Shown: piece by piece, positions 1 to 12,876 of the stretch | Numbering within the stretch: the first letter of the stretch is position 1 | Layout of the letters: each line of letters opens with the position of its first letter | Source of the DNA: Antedon mediterranea | Lineage: Eukaryota; Animalia; Echinodermata | Reading direction: 5' to 3' | Assembly (NCBI RefSeq): GCF_964355755.1 | Contig: NC_092670.1 | Coordinates: forward strand, 22,802,795 to 22,866,794 | DNA: 64,000 nt | Translations under genes and position numbers: made by a program | Notes under the pieces: model-generated | Databases searched by the model: none | The model's input: the letters and a program-made list of their open reading frames with translations, nothing else | Told to the model about the DNA's origin: nothing

Positions 1-694
1 TTCTTTACAAGCATTTTTCTCGTCCGGATCATTTGGACTTACATTTTCTATTTTACTATTTATCTTCCTCTTTCTCTTGGATTACTGCTTCGTATCACAT
101 GAATGATTATCAGATATTTTCAAGCACTGGATTACATTTTTATCCTATTTTATGATGTTCTACTGACGTCTGATGAATTTAATTTTTTTCATAAATATAA
201 TATTTTAATGCATCTGACATTCTGTTTTGTTATTAATAGGTAAATTGATTTGATATTCAATTTATCAATATGGTTAAAATCCACTGGATTTTATCGGATA
301 TCATAATTTTATCAAGATGTATTTAGAAGAAAAATATAGTTGACACAAAATATTAAACTTTTTATTACATTTTGTTTTCTTTCCTTGGCAGTTAAAATGC
401 TTAGTTTTTTCAGAAAGTATCTTTTTTACCAATTTATTGTTGCGTTGTATTCTGGTCTACCAATCTTAATAAATAGTGAGTGTGTACAATTATATTGCTT
501 TTTGTTCAAAGTATTTAACATAGCTGAAAAAAGTTAAACATAAATAGTTCTTTGGTGTTTGTGAGAAACTGTATTAATTTAGTTAGCTTAATTCTGTTTA
601 TGTTCAAAATTCTGTGAAAACTTAAATTTCTATTATATATAAGAGCATTACCTACTAATTTACATGTTTTTAAAAAGAATAGTATTGAAGCCAT

Positions 695-1280
695 TTTTTG
701 TTTGCTATAATTTTAGCCAATTTTAACCATATAGTTGCATAAGAACCATGGCAGGCACAGGGTTCTGTTTTAAAATCCTGGATACACCACTAACTTTTGT
801 CCAGTTTTTGTTAGTTGTATTTGAATGTCTCATTCATTAAAAAAAATTATAGGTAACAACTAACAAAAAACAAACTTGAATGAAACCTTGAATAGGTATT
901 ATTACTTAGAAGGTTAAGTGTTAGAGAATAGCTTTTATATTGAACAATCATTTATGGCTGAATTACATTTATGTTCAGTTCTCAAATTGCGTTATGAAGT
1001 GATCAATCAATTAAGAAATTAATCAATTTTAAAGGTTAACAACATATGCGCTAATAGCACCTAATTGAAATGTTAAATCCTGATCACTTTAATCGTCAAA
1101 ATGCATTTTTTATTTTTATTAATGTTTTATCTTGATTATTATCTAATTTGTTATGAATAAAAGTGAAAAACCAGAGCCTTGCGTCTGCCATGGTTCTTAT
1201 GAAACTAAACTTTGATGTGTGTTTGATATTACTATTAGTTAAGAGAGTTAAACTTTTTTGGGTAAAAATAGCTAAAGCTG
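695..1280. mobile_element. Degenerate inverted-repeat (MITE-like) element, boundaries approximate
   Basis: 733-781 (agttgcataagaaccatggcaggcacagggttctgtttt) is the near reverse complement of 1167-1206; weaker similarity extends outward. Confidence 0.45.
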
Positions 1281-1498
1281 TGTTCATACACCCTATAGTT
1301 AAGAGTATCCAAAGCTGTGTTCATACACCCTATAGTTAAGAGTATCCAAAGCTGTGTTCATACACCCTATAGTTAAGAGTATCCAAAGCTGTGTTCATAC
1401 ACCCTATAGTTAAGAGTATCCAAAGCTGTGTTCATACACCCTATAGTTAAGAGTATCCAAAGCTGTGTTCATACACCCTATAGTTAAGAGTATCCAAA
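1274..1498. repeat. 37-bp minisatellite, 6 perfect copies
   Basis: Unit aaagctgtgttcatacaccctatagttaagagtatcc starts at 1274, 1311, 1348, 1385, 1422 and 1459. Confidence 0.97.
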
Positions 1499-2677
1499 TA
1501 ATAAGTGTGATTGTTTAACTTTTTTTTTTATTTAACTCGGATGTATCTCCGATATGACTCGGATGTTTTCCAGATATACTCAGCTGTTCCCCAAATTTCC
1601 CCCAAATATACCAGGGTGTACCTCTGATATGACTCTGATGTATCCTAGGTTTAAGAGGCATATCCGACATAACGTTATTCTGTACTAGACACGTTTGAAT
1701 TCAAAACAAGTTAAACCGAAATATTTAACATAGCGGAAAAAGTATACAAAAATAGGTTTTTTGGTGTTTGTGAGACACTATTAATTTAGGTAGCTTACAG
1801 TAATTTTGTTTTTTTTTTTTAAATTCTGTAAAACCTGTATCCAATTTGTGGAAAACTCAAAAATACAAGGGCATTACATATACTGCAGCATCAAGATTCC
1901 TATGACATTGGCTTCTTGGTCACGTGTCTAAATATGTAAGAAATAAATCATAATTTCTATTAATAAAAGAAATAGAATAGTTATTTGCGAAAAGAAATAT
2001 TGTATAGATTCTGAAAAATTATAGATCATCTAATATATTATATTAAGCACATTATTCATCATATTTTTACTAGTGCGATTTATTGACCTTCACAGTATGT
2101 ATAATGGCTCAAAATAAACCAATCAAATACAACTTAAGTTCTCCCCGAGTACGTCATGAAAGCGCATCGCAGGTTTGAAGTTGCGCTTCACAAGTTTCTC
2201 ACTCCCCCGAGAATTTAAAACATTTTATTGTCGCTGTTTATATGTAGACTTCATTATTTATAGCTTAACGGCCGAAACCTTTCATATGCCGGCAGGAATA
2301 ATATTTAAAAATAGACGTTCCATTAAAGAGTGCTTGTTGATTTACAAGTGGATTACAATTTACATTTGTATTACAAAGGTCGCCTTCCAATTTATTAATT
2401 TAAGGTTCCCTTTTATTTATTAGAGACAACATTTCTTGCTTAAAATGTTTATGCACCCTATGCACACCTGCTCTAGATACACACCACAAAAAAAGACTCA
2501 CATTTTCACATAATGCTTTCTATCTCTTTTTATTTTTTTGTTGTATATGTTTTATATGGACAGTTTGTCTGACATAAAATAAATCCCATACTAATCCACC
2601 TTGTCAAATTTATCAACATAGAAGAGCTGTAGTTTTAATGACATTTTTAAATAATTATATACTATGTATTTAATATA

Positions 2678-2840
2678 AACACATTAGGCATAGAACAATA
2701 ATTCTAAACCGCCGGTGATATACTGACTGAAATTTAATTAATTAATTTGAAACGATAAGATGAGGAAATCTGTGAGAATGAGAAAAAGTTGTCACAACCG
2801 AGATTCGAACCCGGAACCTTCTGCTTGATATGCAGATGTC
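2678..2840 (-). mobile_element. tRNA-derived SINE-like fragment (head and body of the hammerhead-bearing family)
   Basis: Minus strand has a B box (GGTTCGAATCT). The body attctaaaccgcc...ttgaaacga is shared with 38460-38570 and 54160-54208. A 16-bp direct repeat ctatgtatttaatata flanks it (2662-2677, 2841-2856). Confidence 0.8.
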
Positions 2841-3307
2841 CTATGTATTTAATATATATGTAACTCGTAATTCAGCTACTACTACTAGCTGCTATGTTTT
2901 AGTTGTATGTAATTTAACTTCAATAAAGTGTAAAGGCAATCCCCTTTTCCATCCCCTGAGATGAGGAAGGTTGGAGTGTACCATGCCAAGCTATTGTTGT
3001 ACTAGTACTCCGATATTTGACAGTAGGTGTGTGGCATCTAAAATTCCTAGGTATGAAATTTTTTATTCTTTCGAAATTCCTATAGACAAGATGCCAAAAA
3101 TAATTACCTTTAAATTGAAAACAACATAATTACGAATGACATAATTAATAGGTTGAAAGCAAATGGCAAAATGTATGATGATCAAAGTTGAAAACCTGTA
3201 TTGGTTCATCTCAAGTAAATTTACTATTTGACTTGACTCATAGATTGTACACGTGCTGGGGGCTGAGCAGCTTCAATGCAATGGAATATTTTGAAAATAC
3301 TAAATGC

Positions 3308-3491
3308 CAGTAGCTGTATATTCACCATTCACCTTTACGCTTAAAGGGGAACACTTAAAATTAAGAAAAATCTCCTATTTAAGTACATACAATTTAAGGG
3401 AAATAATTAAATATTTATTGAGTTAAGTAAAATACTTAATATAAAATAGGAAATATCTCACTTAAGTGTGATTGGTGAATACGGCCACCGG
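3308..3491. mobile_element. Small MITE
   Basis: Imperfect TIRs cagtagctgtatattcaccattcac / gtgattggtgaatacggccaccg enclose internal acttaa/ttaagt repeats. Confidence 0.5.
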
Positions 3492-3662
3492 ATTGTTTGT
3501 TACAGTTTTATTCTGGAACTATACATCAAGGTTCTCAAGTACTATAGAATGTCTATTAAATTTATGCGAATGAATACATTCAATGAAAATTATGAGTTTG
3601 TCCAAAAAAACGAAACCTCTGTAAAAACGAACCCTTTTCTATGACCATATGAGTGTCAAAAC

Positions 3663-3692
3663 CATGGAGTAAAGAATAAGCTTTACTCCATG
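3663..3692. mobile_element. 30-bp palindromic P-superfamily-like footprint or micro-element
   Basis: catggagtaaagaataagctttactccatg is flanked by the exact 8-bp direct repeat gtcaaaac (3655-3662, 3693-3700). Confidence 0.75.
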
Positions 3693-5866
3693 GTCAAAAC
3701 ACAACAGGATGCCCTTTCATTTTCATGACATTCAAACTTTACTCCATGGTTCCAATTGAATGCAGAAAAAATAATTTTACTGTTTGACATGGCGCATAAA
3801 AACTACTGAAATTTTATATTTACTACGGATATTTTGTGTTAAGACTGCTGAAATTAATTATAGCAAGTTAAGAACTCTGGGTTGTTGATCTTATTCATTT
3901 ATTTATTCTTTCTTTTGACTGGATTGCATTTTCAGTAACGTAGTACTGCTTTTCAAAATGGTCCAGTTACAAGGTTTAAAAAGTAAAGACAAGTTATAAC
4001 ATATATACAGAAAAAGAAAAGCATACATAATTTGAAAAATATATACAGAATAATACAAATATATACAGAATAATACAGATAATACAGATAGTATACAGAG
4101 CACTTACCCATCTAATGTTAAATGAATTACAGTAACTACAAGGAAATAATGAAGTACTCTATACATGCCAAGACAATTGCTAGGGTATATTCTAGAAAGG
4201 TATACAATAGCGCTATGAGCATCTAGTGTATTTGAGGGATATAGAGTGTTTGTAGGCATAAGAGTGTTTGTGTGTCTTTATTATTGAATATTTTGGAAGG
4301 TAGATATAACGATATCGACAGTATACCTTAGGAGAGTGTTTTAGGTCGATACAATTCCAGGGTGCTATGAGCCATTTAGAAAATGATGTTGGTTTCTTAA
4401 TTACTAGGAAAAATAGAAAACACTTGTGTATATTGTATGAATGCTAGAGGGTACAATATCACTTAGCTTTGGTTATTATTCCTCAATGTATATTCAAATG
4501 TAATCTGTGATTGCAATGAGTGTAGGTATGTTCTAATTTTAGAATATAATTTAGATACTTACACAAATCATTGGAATATTACATTTTAAATACAGTAGAG
4601 CCCATAACAGGGACACCTTTGGGGCCATCAAAGTGCCTCCTGAATAGTGTTGTCCCCTGAATAGAAAGGAGTTGACTGTAGTGTTATTATCTCTCATTAT
4701 TTCCCATGATAAATGGTCCTGTTTCTGCTGCATAAAAATAACCAGTTAAAAACGCAGAGACAGACCCCCAGTGTCCGCTTAATAGTGATGTTCCCTTGAA
4801 TATTTCCCAAAGGAGGTGTAGTGTATTTTCAATGACACTGAAAGAGACTAGAAACACGATTCGAACCAAGGTTTTAATAAGTAAACATAATTAAGCATCA
4901 ATCTATATTGCCACACTGTTATAAAGAAAAGTAGCAATAATACTCTTAAATAAGTATAGTATATAATTGACAGGATGCTACAGACCCCAAGTTTTGGTAA
5001 TGAGAAAAACATATGATTTGAACCCTAGAATTACAATGACAAGCACTAACCCACTGTGCCACTTTTGATAAATATATTATATGATATTATATATTAATAT
5101 ATTGTTATATATATAATATATTATTCATTTATCAGCATCAATTACCTTATCAAATCCATTAAATTTCTAATAATTGTGAAATTTCAATCTGTAGTTTGTA
5201 TCAACAATTTTAACTGAAAACAAGAAATGTATAATAACAACTTTTAACTTCAGGCATTAGCGATGTTACCATAGTAACAGATGTGTGGATTCTACTTAGC
5301 TAAAGAATTGTTATATTGTGAAACCAATCAATGTTAATATTCCACCAGGTGTTCATGCACTTGCCTAAATGTAGGCCTATTATGATTTTAAAACATATTT
5401 ATTGTGGTTGATGAATAGGACTTTTGTTTAGCACTTTACTGAACTTGGAAACCCTTACGGCAACATTGAATTCAAAACCTTTGAGGTACCTATTGCACCG
5501 CATGGCAATTTCCATTCACTATATTGACATTACCGTATTTCTTTGATATTTCTTTTCTCAAAGCAAAAAGATTTTTTTTTTCTGTCAGAAAATGAAGTTA
5601 CCAAATTAGTAAGAATCTATTCCATTTATCACATACATAAACATATGACCATTCAAAACTATGGTGTAAACAAAAACTAATTAATTTTATATTATCTTAT
5701 TGTTGTTTTGTTAGCATAATGCGATTAACCGTTTCCAGACTAAGACTTACGGTGGAGGCTCCTTTTCTTTTGTTGCATCTTCTCTTCATACATACAAACT
5801 CTCTCCTTTTGAAAAACTTTCACTCACTTTTGACTCATTTAAATATTAATTTAAGAACTCCTTTGT

Positions 5867-5868
<2 letters not shown>

Positions 5869-5901
<33 letters not shown>

Positions 5902-6045
5902 TTAGGTATTTATATAGCGCCAGAATCAACTAAACCGAAGTAAAAATCAAAGGCACTTATATTGGATGTTAAAAAGATGCGTTTTAAGTTCTTTTTTAAA
6001 AATAGCAATAGAAGTTGATTTAGTAAAATGACAAGGGAGAGAATT
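5869..6045 (-). mobile_element. CR1/L2-type LINE 3' fragment with (ATT)n tail
   Basis: Minus-strand peptide NSLPCHFTKSTSIAIFKKELKTHLF matches the CR1/L2 ORF2 C-terminal motif (NSLP..S...FKK.LKTHLF), followed by a short 3' UTR and a trinucleotide tail. Confidence 0.75.
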
Positions 6046-6137
6046 AGCAAATTTCAGGATACAATGCACCTTATCATCTTTTTGCAATTGGCCCTTTATA
6101 AATGTTTGATTATTATTATTATTATTATTATTATTAC
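6046..6137 (+). mobile_element. Second LINE-like 3' end with (ATT)n tail, opposite orientation
   Basis: ...caattggccctttataaatgtttg(att)n resembles an L2-type terminus. Confidence 0.55.
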
Positions 6138-6986
6138 AGTGCATAAGCCTAGTATTAGTTAATTTTTACCTTTCTTTTATTATTAATTTCATAATGTGAT
6201 CCTAACTGTATCGAGATGAAATTGCTGGTGCTGGAATATATTAAATGAAAAGCTCCCTCATTTCTTATTTGTTTAGAAAAATATTTTATCATAACATATG
6301 CATTAATAAAGACTTTAAATGTCCTTCACAAAATTAGAATAAATTAAAATTTATTAGAAGGTCAGTTAGGTTATATGCTAGTGTCCTGTATCTGTTTGTT
6401 GTGATTTATGTTTATTGTGTCAGACTATATCTTGCTAAGTTCATATCCATTAGCCAATCACCTAATTTCTACCACTTAGCCCATCTGTTTAAACTCGTAA
6501 AATGTTACGTATTACTTCAGAATTTACAGATTACGATAATGCACGATATATATTGGTGAATTCCCTGTAGTATATTGCTTTGTTTAGATGGAACAAGATC
6601 TGCGACATTGTAACGATTTGATTTCTATTGTAATTTGATAGCAATACAAAAGAACTTGATAGCACTGTTTTCGGTATATAAAGACAAATTTTAAATGTAA
6701 AAAACAGTTAAGGGTGTTTTAACTCAAATTGCTAATTTCAGGACAGATTTAAAAACTCATTTTTTTAACTTCTTCATTTTCTGCCATTTTATTTTTATTG
6801 TTAAACACATAAAAATATGCGTTTATATAAAAATAAGAAAATAGAAATCTAAATACGATTTTAGTTAATTATTAGATACAGTAAATTCAATTTCACAAAA
6901 TCTTTCAAGAGCTCTCTAAAATGTAAAGCCGTGAAAATAAAAACTACTGTATATCCTAATTACTGTGTATATTGCATTGAATTTAA

Positions 6987-7218
6987 AGATGTATTTCCCC
7001 CCAAAAACATGAAAAATGTAGATTAACTAAATTAGAAGGTTTCACTTGTAAAATAACATAATAACCATTTTTTGCTTTTAATTAACAGTTTTTCTCAGGT
7101 AAATCAATTTTGTTTAGATCTAATTTTTGTTCAAAATGGATAACTATTATGTGACATTAAAATTGCATATTCAAAAAAACAAATTGTACAAATTAATTTT
7201 CAGAGGGACAATACATCT
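6987..7218. mobile_element. TTAA-targeted non-autonomous DNA transposon (Kolobok-like); related pieces near 23000-23480, 30905-31205, 47560-47700 and 57930-57980
   Basis: ttaa|agatgtatttccc ... gggacaatacatct|ttaa; the internal motif tatgtgacattaaaat recurs in the other copies. Confidence 0.7.
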
Positions 7219-8750
7219 TTAAAAAATCTTTGAAAACCCAGACTTAAACATGGCATAAAAAAAATACATACTTGATTATATTACACAAATTAAATGTCAC
7301 TAAAGCCTTTCAAATCTCTCTCTAATGCTGCAAAAATAAGGACTATTCCTTGATTGCCGTATATAATACGTGATTCTTTTACAATTAAAACCCGGACTTG
7401 TTAAACATGGCATAAAAAAACAAAACATGCTTTTCGTCCTTGAGTATGTCATTAACATTCCTGGAGCAGGCTAGTAATTACATCCAACTCCCATTAACGA
7501 AAGATACTAAAATAATAAATCCGCAATAAGAGGGTAATTACACTTTTCAAATCGTGCATCTAGCTAATCAATAAATAATAGCACTGAATCTGTCGTGCTC
7601 GTTGGCCGACGTGCTTGCCATCGAATCCGAGGAGTTAAGTTCCAGGTTGTTTTTTTTTGTGGGTGTTGCCAAGATATTGGAGAATGCTAATATTAAGTCA
7701 GAGACAATCCTGTCATTAAGCTATTCCCTTCTCTAACGATCAAACTGCCAACATAGCACCATTTAGTACATTTTTAATTATCATTAATTTATCTAATTTG
7801 TTTTGAAATAAAAAATATGACACATATGTCAAAACGCATTTTTCAATTTCATTTGTTTGTAAGAATATCTATACTTTCCACAAGTCTCTATCATTGATTC
7901 TTTTTTTACATAGTGTTCAACAACATACATTTCAGCTTTTGTATAATGGCATGCCAAGTATGACAAAATGTTTCTTTTAATGAACATCTCGACAGTTTCC
8001 ATCTTCTCTCAATCCCACACCTTGGCATCCCTGTCACACTATGATCAAATGTCCATTACCTAAATATCTCTAGCAGTATTAATGCTTGGTCACTCCAAAA
8101 GCTGAAACTAAAACTGAAATAGAGTATAGCCATGATATTGTCCATCTAGGTACCTAGTTTTTATAAGAAGAGATATCTTTTTCTTGTTATCGATAATATA
8201 TAAATGCCTTCAGATGATGATTGTAAGTGCTCTGATATCAAATTACAGGAAAATGAATCCTCAGTGTGCAGTTTCTGTCATTTAGTGATATCAGTGAATA
8301 CCACATTAAGTATCAATGTATCTATCAATACATCACTATTTACTTATTTATTCAAGTTTGCTTCATATAGAGTATTTATTGTATCTGTTTTCTGTTTCAT
8401 AACTTTAAGTGGCAACTTTCGTTGCTGTTGGTTTTGCTGAAATAAATAAAATTTTTAAAAAATATCACATCGAGAATTTTATATTATTTAAAAATTATGT
8501 TTTATGCTTTTTGATGGGATTATAAGGGTTTATTTTAGTGGATAAGCTAAACTGTAAGCATGAGGTTAAGTGTCTATGGACTTTGTTATTTAGGTTGTTA
8601 GAGGGATCAGAGGCAGGGGTGTAGGTACTATTGATTGCAACTAGTTTGTTGATTGCCACAATTCCAACGGTAAAGTAAATCAAAATAAATAACAAAAATA
8701 ACAATAGTACTTAGTGATTATAATAAAATTTCAAAAATCACAAAACCTGC

Positions 8751-9263
8751 ATCCCAAAAATGAGAAAAAGTCCATCCCAAAAAAGAGAAAAACTCCATCC
8801 CAAAAATAAGAAAAGCTCTATCCCAAAAAAGAGAAAAACCCCATCCCAAAAATAAGAAAAACTCTATCCCAAAAATGAGAAAAACTCTATCCCAAAAATG
8901 AGAAAAACTCCATCCCAAAAATGAGAAAAACTCTATCCCAAAAATGAGAAAAACTCCATTACAAAAATGAGAAAAACTCTATCCCAAAAATGAGAAAATC
9001 TCCATTACAATAATGAGAAAATCTCCATCCCAAAAATGAGAAAAACTCCATCCAAAAAATGAGAAAAACTCTATCCCAAAAATGAGAAAAACTCCATTAC
9101 AAAAATGAGAAAATCTCCATCCCAAAAATGAGAAAAACTCCATCCAAAAAATGCGAAAAACTCCATCCTAAAAATGAGAAAAACTCCATCCCAATGAGAA
9201 AAACTTCATCCTAAAAATGAGAAAAACTCTGACTATCCCGAAAATGAGATAAACTCCATCCCA
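8751..9263. repeat. 23-bp minisatellite, about 22 variant copies
   Basis: Unit tgagaaaaactc(c/t)atcccaaaaa. Confidence 0.95.
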
Positions 9264-10212
9264 ATACGTTTTTTTTATTTTATGAGAAAGATCTGAAATT
9301 CCAATAAAAGAAGATAGTGTATATGGTTCTCATTGTTATTCACTAACTTTCGTCTTCTAGCTGTTTCTCATCAATTTTTAATTGACCGCTTGAATGAATC
9401 ACAAACAACGAATCTCCGGTCGCCAGCAATTCACTGTGATGTCAGACATGCTATAATCTTTTGTTATTCTTGTCAATTAACACTGTTTTGGTTTGTCATA
9501 TTACATGATTCATCTCCGGTTAATATCTTTTTAATGTTTATATTAGATTACTATTTGATCAAGATGAATTAAATAGGCACTTAGTAAATGTGAATATACT
9601 TTACTAGGTCTCCCTCTAATTATAAACCATTTTACGATTTGAAAAGATAGATAGTTAAAAACACACCGTAATAAAAGATTACTCCAAAATAAAGACTTCT
9701 TTCAATAGAAGACACTACCACTCTAATAATGACCATTCCAACTAATGACCACTCCAACCAATGACCTTTGAAATAAGGACTCCTACATCTCAAGATAATA
9801 ATCAATAGAAGACTCAACCCAGATTCAACAGTATCTGGTTTTCAGAAAGATATTCGTGTTATTTCAATGTTTAAATTACAGATTCATTTTGCATTTGCTT
9901 CAATAAATAATAAGTATGAAATAGTTTTTTTATCTTTTATGAGTCTCTCTCATCTTTATTTGAGTGTAGGTTTTAACTCCTTGATCCACATTATTATATA
10001 ATACAATTTAATAATATTATATATCAAGTTATCAATTTTGAAATATGAAATAGTTATTCACAATTGATCTTTTATATTATATTCATTTTGACATTTGTAT
10101 TAAATTATAATATAGAATGAATTCAATATACAGATCTTCCATAATCCCCCTTCAGTTATCATCTACATCATATTTTTATTTTATAATGAAATTTTTGATA
10201 AATGTTTGTTAA

Positions 10213-11267
10213 AGGAGGACAGATTTTTGTAATAATCAGGATGATAATATTTCAAAGCTGTTTTTAGGGAGTAGAAGGCTGTGTGCAGAGATGTGGTATG
10301 CAAGACTGAAAAAAGTGGCTTAGCAGAGGGTGCAAAGGCCCCTAGTTTAGCATCCAACGGTAGGCAATTGCATCAGGCTGCTCATGCTTTGGGGCTCCCT
10401 TAAGCTCTAGGCCCTGGGTTCTTAGCTAGGAAGCACTCGTAGCCATTGTGCCACTGACTGAACAATGAGCACCGTTTAGTGACGTCTAGTTTATGCGCTT
10501 TGTATGAAGGAATATGCAATCAGGATTTTTTTATGAATGATGAATGAGCTTCTTCCATTTAGTTTCTAATTTCTTATTGCAGTAACTAATTTAGCATGAA
10601 CATGGTAGAACAGTTAGTATTAGTAAATATATAGTACAGTTGGTACAGCATCCGTTTGACGTGTTTGATTTCAGAACATTACTCAATATAATGTTTTATT
10701 ACTTGTATTATTTACAGGCCCACTGCTATAATGATTTCTCAACTTGTTTAATAAATCATTCACAAATTTCTTCAAACAACTTGTCTCATTGCTCAATAGA
10801 TCAACCAGTCTAAAAAACTTGTCAATGTCTTATACTTTAAATCGTAAATCTGTGTAAGTTTAAGAAAATCAATAATTGACTGGATTTTTATCTTCGTGTG
10901 TTCAAAATAAATAACATGCTGGCGTCATTTATTGACAGATTTTTTACTTTACGTTAAACTGCTTGTCAGTATTTGACTGTCATTGCGAACATTTGAGGAA
11001 ACACCGATCAATTATTGTCGTACTTGTACCAGATACTCGAGCGCTTTCGATTTGCGATGAACTAGGGCCTATGGATATTGTGTCATCACCTGAATCTAAA
11101 ATCTGCCAAAAAATGTCTATAATTCTTGATTCCTTCATACAAAGCACATTGGACTAGATATCACTAAATGGCGCTCATTATTCAGCCCACCACATCTCTG
11201 CACACACCCTTCTGCTTCCTAAAAACCTGCTTTTACCATCCTACTTATTACAGGAATCTGTCCTCCT
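10213..11267. mobile_element. About 1.05 kb non-autonomous DNA transposon with long TIRs (Kolobok-like)
   Basis: The left end ttaa|aggaggacagat...gtgtgcagagatgtgg is complementary to 11153-11267 (ccacatctctgcacac...atctgtcctcct); the left TIR resumes at about 10457-10490 after a nested insertion. Confidence 0.75.
10313..10456. mobile_element. hAT-like MITE nested in the left TIR of the 10213-11267 element
   Basis: Termini aagtggc...gccactg; 8-bp duplication actgaaaa/actgaaca (7 of 8 match). Confidence 0.55.
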
Positions 11268-11928
11268 GATTCAAGTGATGAAGCACTGTATCAGCACATT
11301 GAATCAAAAGTTCTTCATTCTGGTAAAACCAGTTTAGTTAAATGATGGCATGTCACTACCATATTTGGGCACATCACATTTTTGTTGTCAAACTAGTTTG
11401 ATAGTGTAGACAGAGCTTAACTATTTTTACAAACTCGCCCTACTCCTTTCACTTTTACATTAATCATTTATATCCTGCAACTACAGGTATGTCCCTTCTT
11501 TTTAGAAATACTTTTAAATGTGTTGCTCATAGCTATGGGAGAATAGTCTGTGAAGAGTTTAAAGATTAGAAATAAATAAGAGGTAGGATTGTCAGCCGTA
11601 AGTAATTTGAAATTTCAAAAGAGACAGTATGATGATGTATGATGAAAAGGTTTAGTTGTTGAGTATCTGCAATAACCTAACAGCAAGTCCTAAGTTTAAT
11701 CTGTTCCATGTTTTCTAGTAAATCGCTACTTGACGCTTCAGGCAAAAACAGATAAAAGTAGTTGAAAACATAATCCTTCTGGTCAATCCCATGTTGTTGA
11801 CTTAGTTTCACCTTTCTAAGAAGTAAAAATTTAGCATTGAAGGGTAAACGGTGAAGGGAGGGGGTGTAGAAAAACATATGTAGAAAATAAAACTTCATTA
11901 TTATATGTGGAGATATCTCTATGCTTCT

Positions 11929-12441
11929 AAAGCTCTGTCTACACTACCAACTAGTTTGACAAAATAAGTGTGATGTGCCCAAATTTGGTAGTGATATGCT
12001 CAAATATGGTGGTGATATGAAATCATCATGTCCATATATGGGCACATCACTTTTTACTCGGGGTACCCGAGTCTAGGACTTACTCATGTTCTCCTCCTCC
12101 TCCTCCTCCTCCATCTGGACACTATTGAGTAAAAAGTGTGATTTATAAAGTACTACTCCTCCCTTATTCGTTGTAGTATTGAGCTCGGATTTAGCATGAA
12201 TATACTACAGTTACATGTCCTCAAAGCTATAGAGCCGGATTTTTAAATTTCAAACTGGATGCAGCCATATCACGTCTCGAAGATGGTACCGTATAGCCGT
12301 ATTTGGTAGCGCGGTTATTGATGTGTATGTGACGTTGCATCCGGTCTTATGACGTCATTACAGCTTCTTTCGCTGTACCCCGAGTATTGCACATTCGTGC
12401 TTGTTTTGTCACATAAAGTTTGATAGTGTAGACTGGGCTTA
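11929..12441. mobile_element. High-copy PIF/Harbinger-like MITE interrupted by an insertion; other copies at about 11350-11420, 19185-19298, 24231-24280, 25538-25595 and 36440-36592
   Basis: TIR aagctctgtctacactatcaaact / agtttgatagtgtagacagagctt with taa/tta flanks and a gtgatgtgccc core in all copies. Confidence 0.85.
12055..12405 (+). mobile_element. Helentron-associated (HINE/DINE-1-like) non-autonomous element
   Basis: Inserted in a T run. It has a 5' subTIR tactcggggtac with adjacent partial inverted repeat (acccgagt), a (CTC)n microsatellite, a 3' subTIR gtaccccgagta and a terminal hairpin gcacattcgtgc. Confidence 0.7.
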
Positions 12442-12876
12442 ATGCTTGCCAATATCAGAAACTATGAATTGTTAAGATTTTATCTTTTTCAAATCAAGAT
12501 GTACATACAGTGTATGATAAATAAATAATAAAGATATCTAGCAACATTTATGAGTTTTAGAGTTTTAATAAAGTCATTGATCGTTGTAAATGTATATGAC
12601 AATGAATCATATTAGTTGAACCATTGCTTTATCTGTCATAAAACATAATAATATTTTTATTACTGTCAGTTGTTTTCTTAGTAATTTGTTTATTTTGATT
12701 GATATATTTTGTCAAAAAGTTTCCGCCTTGGCTTCCTTGAAATATCGATAAGTTGTAAACCATGCCTGCTTGTCTGGTGGTGTTTACACCTTTTAAAATT
12801 ATCTACCGCATAAGGCATAAACTGCACTTATCTGGTCCATTCTCTGTGTAAACATATAAACATTATAAAACATACA

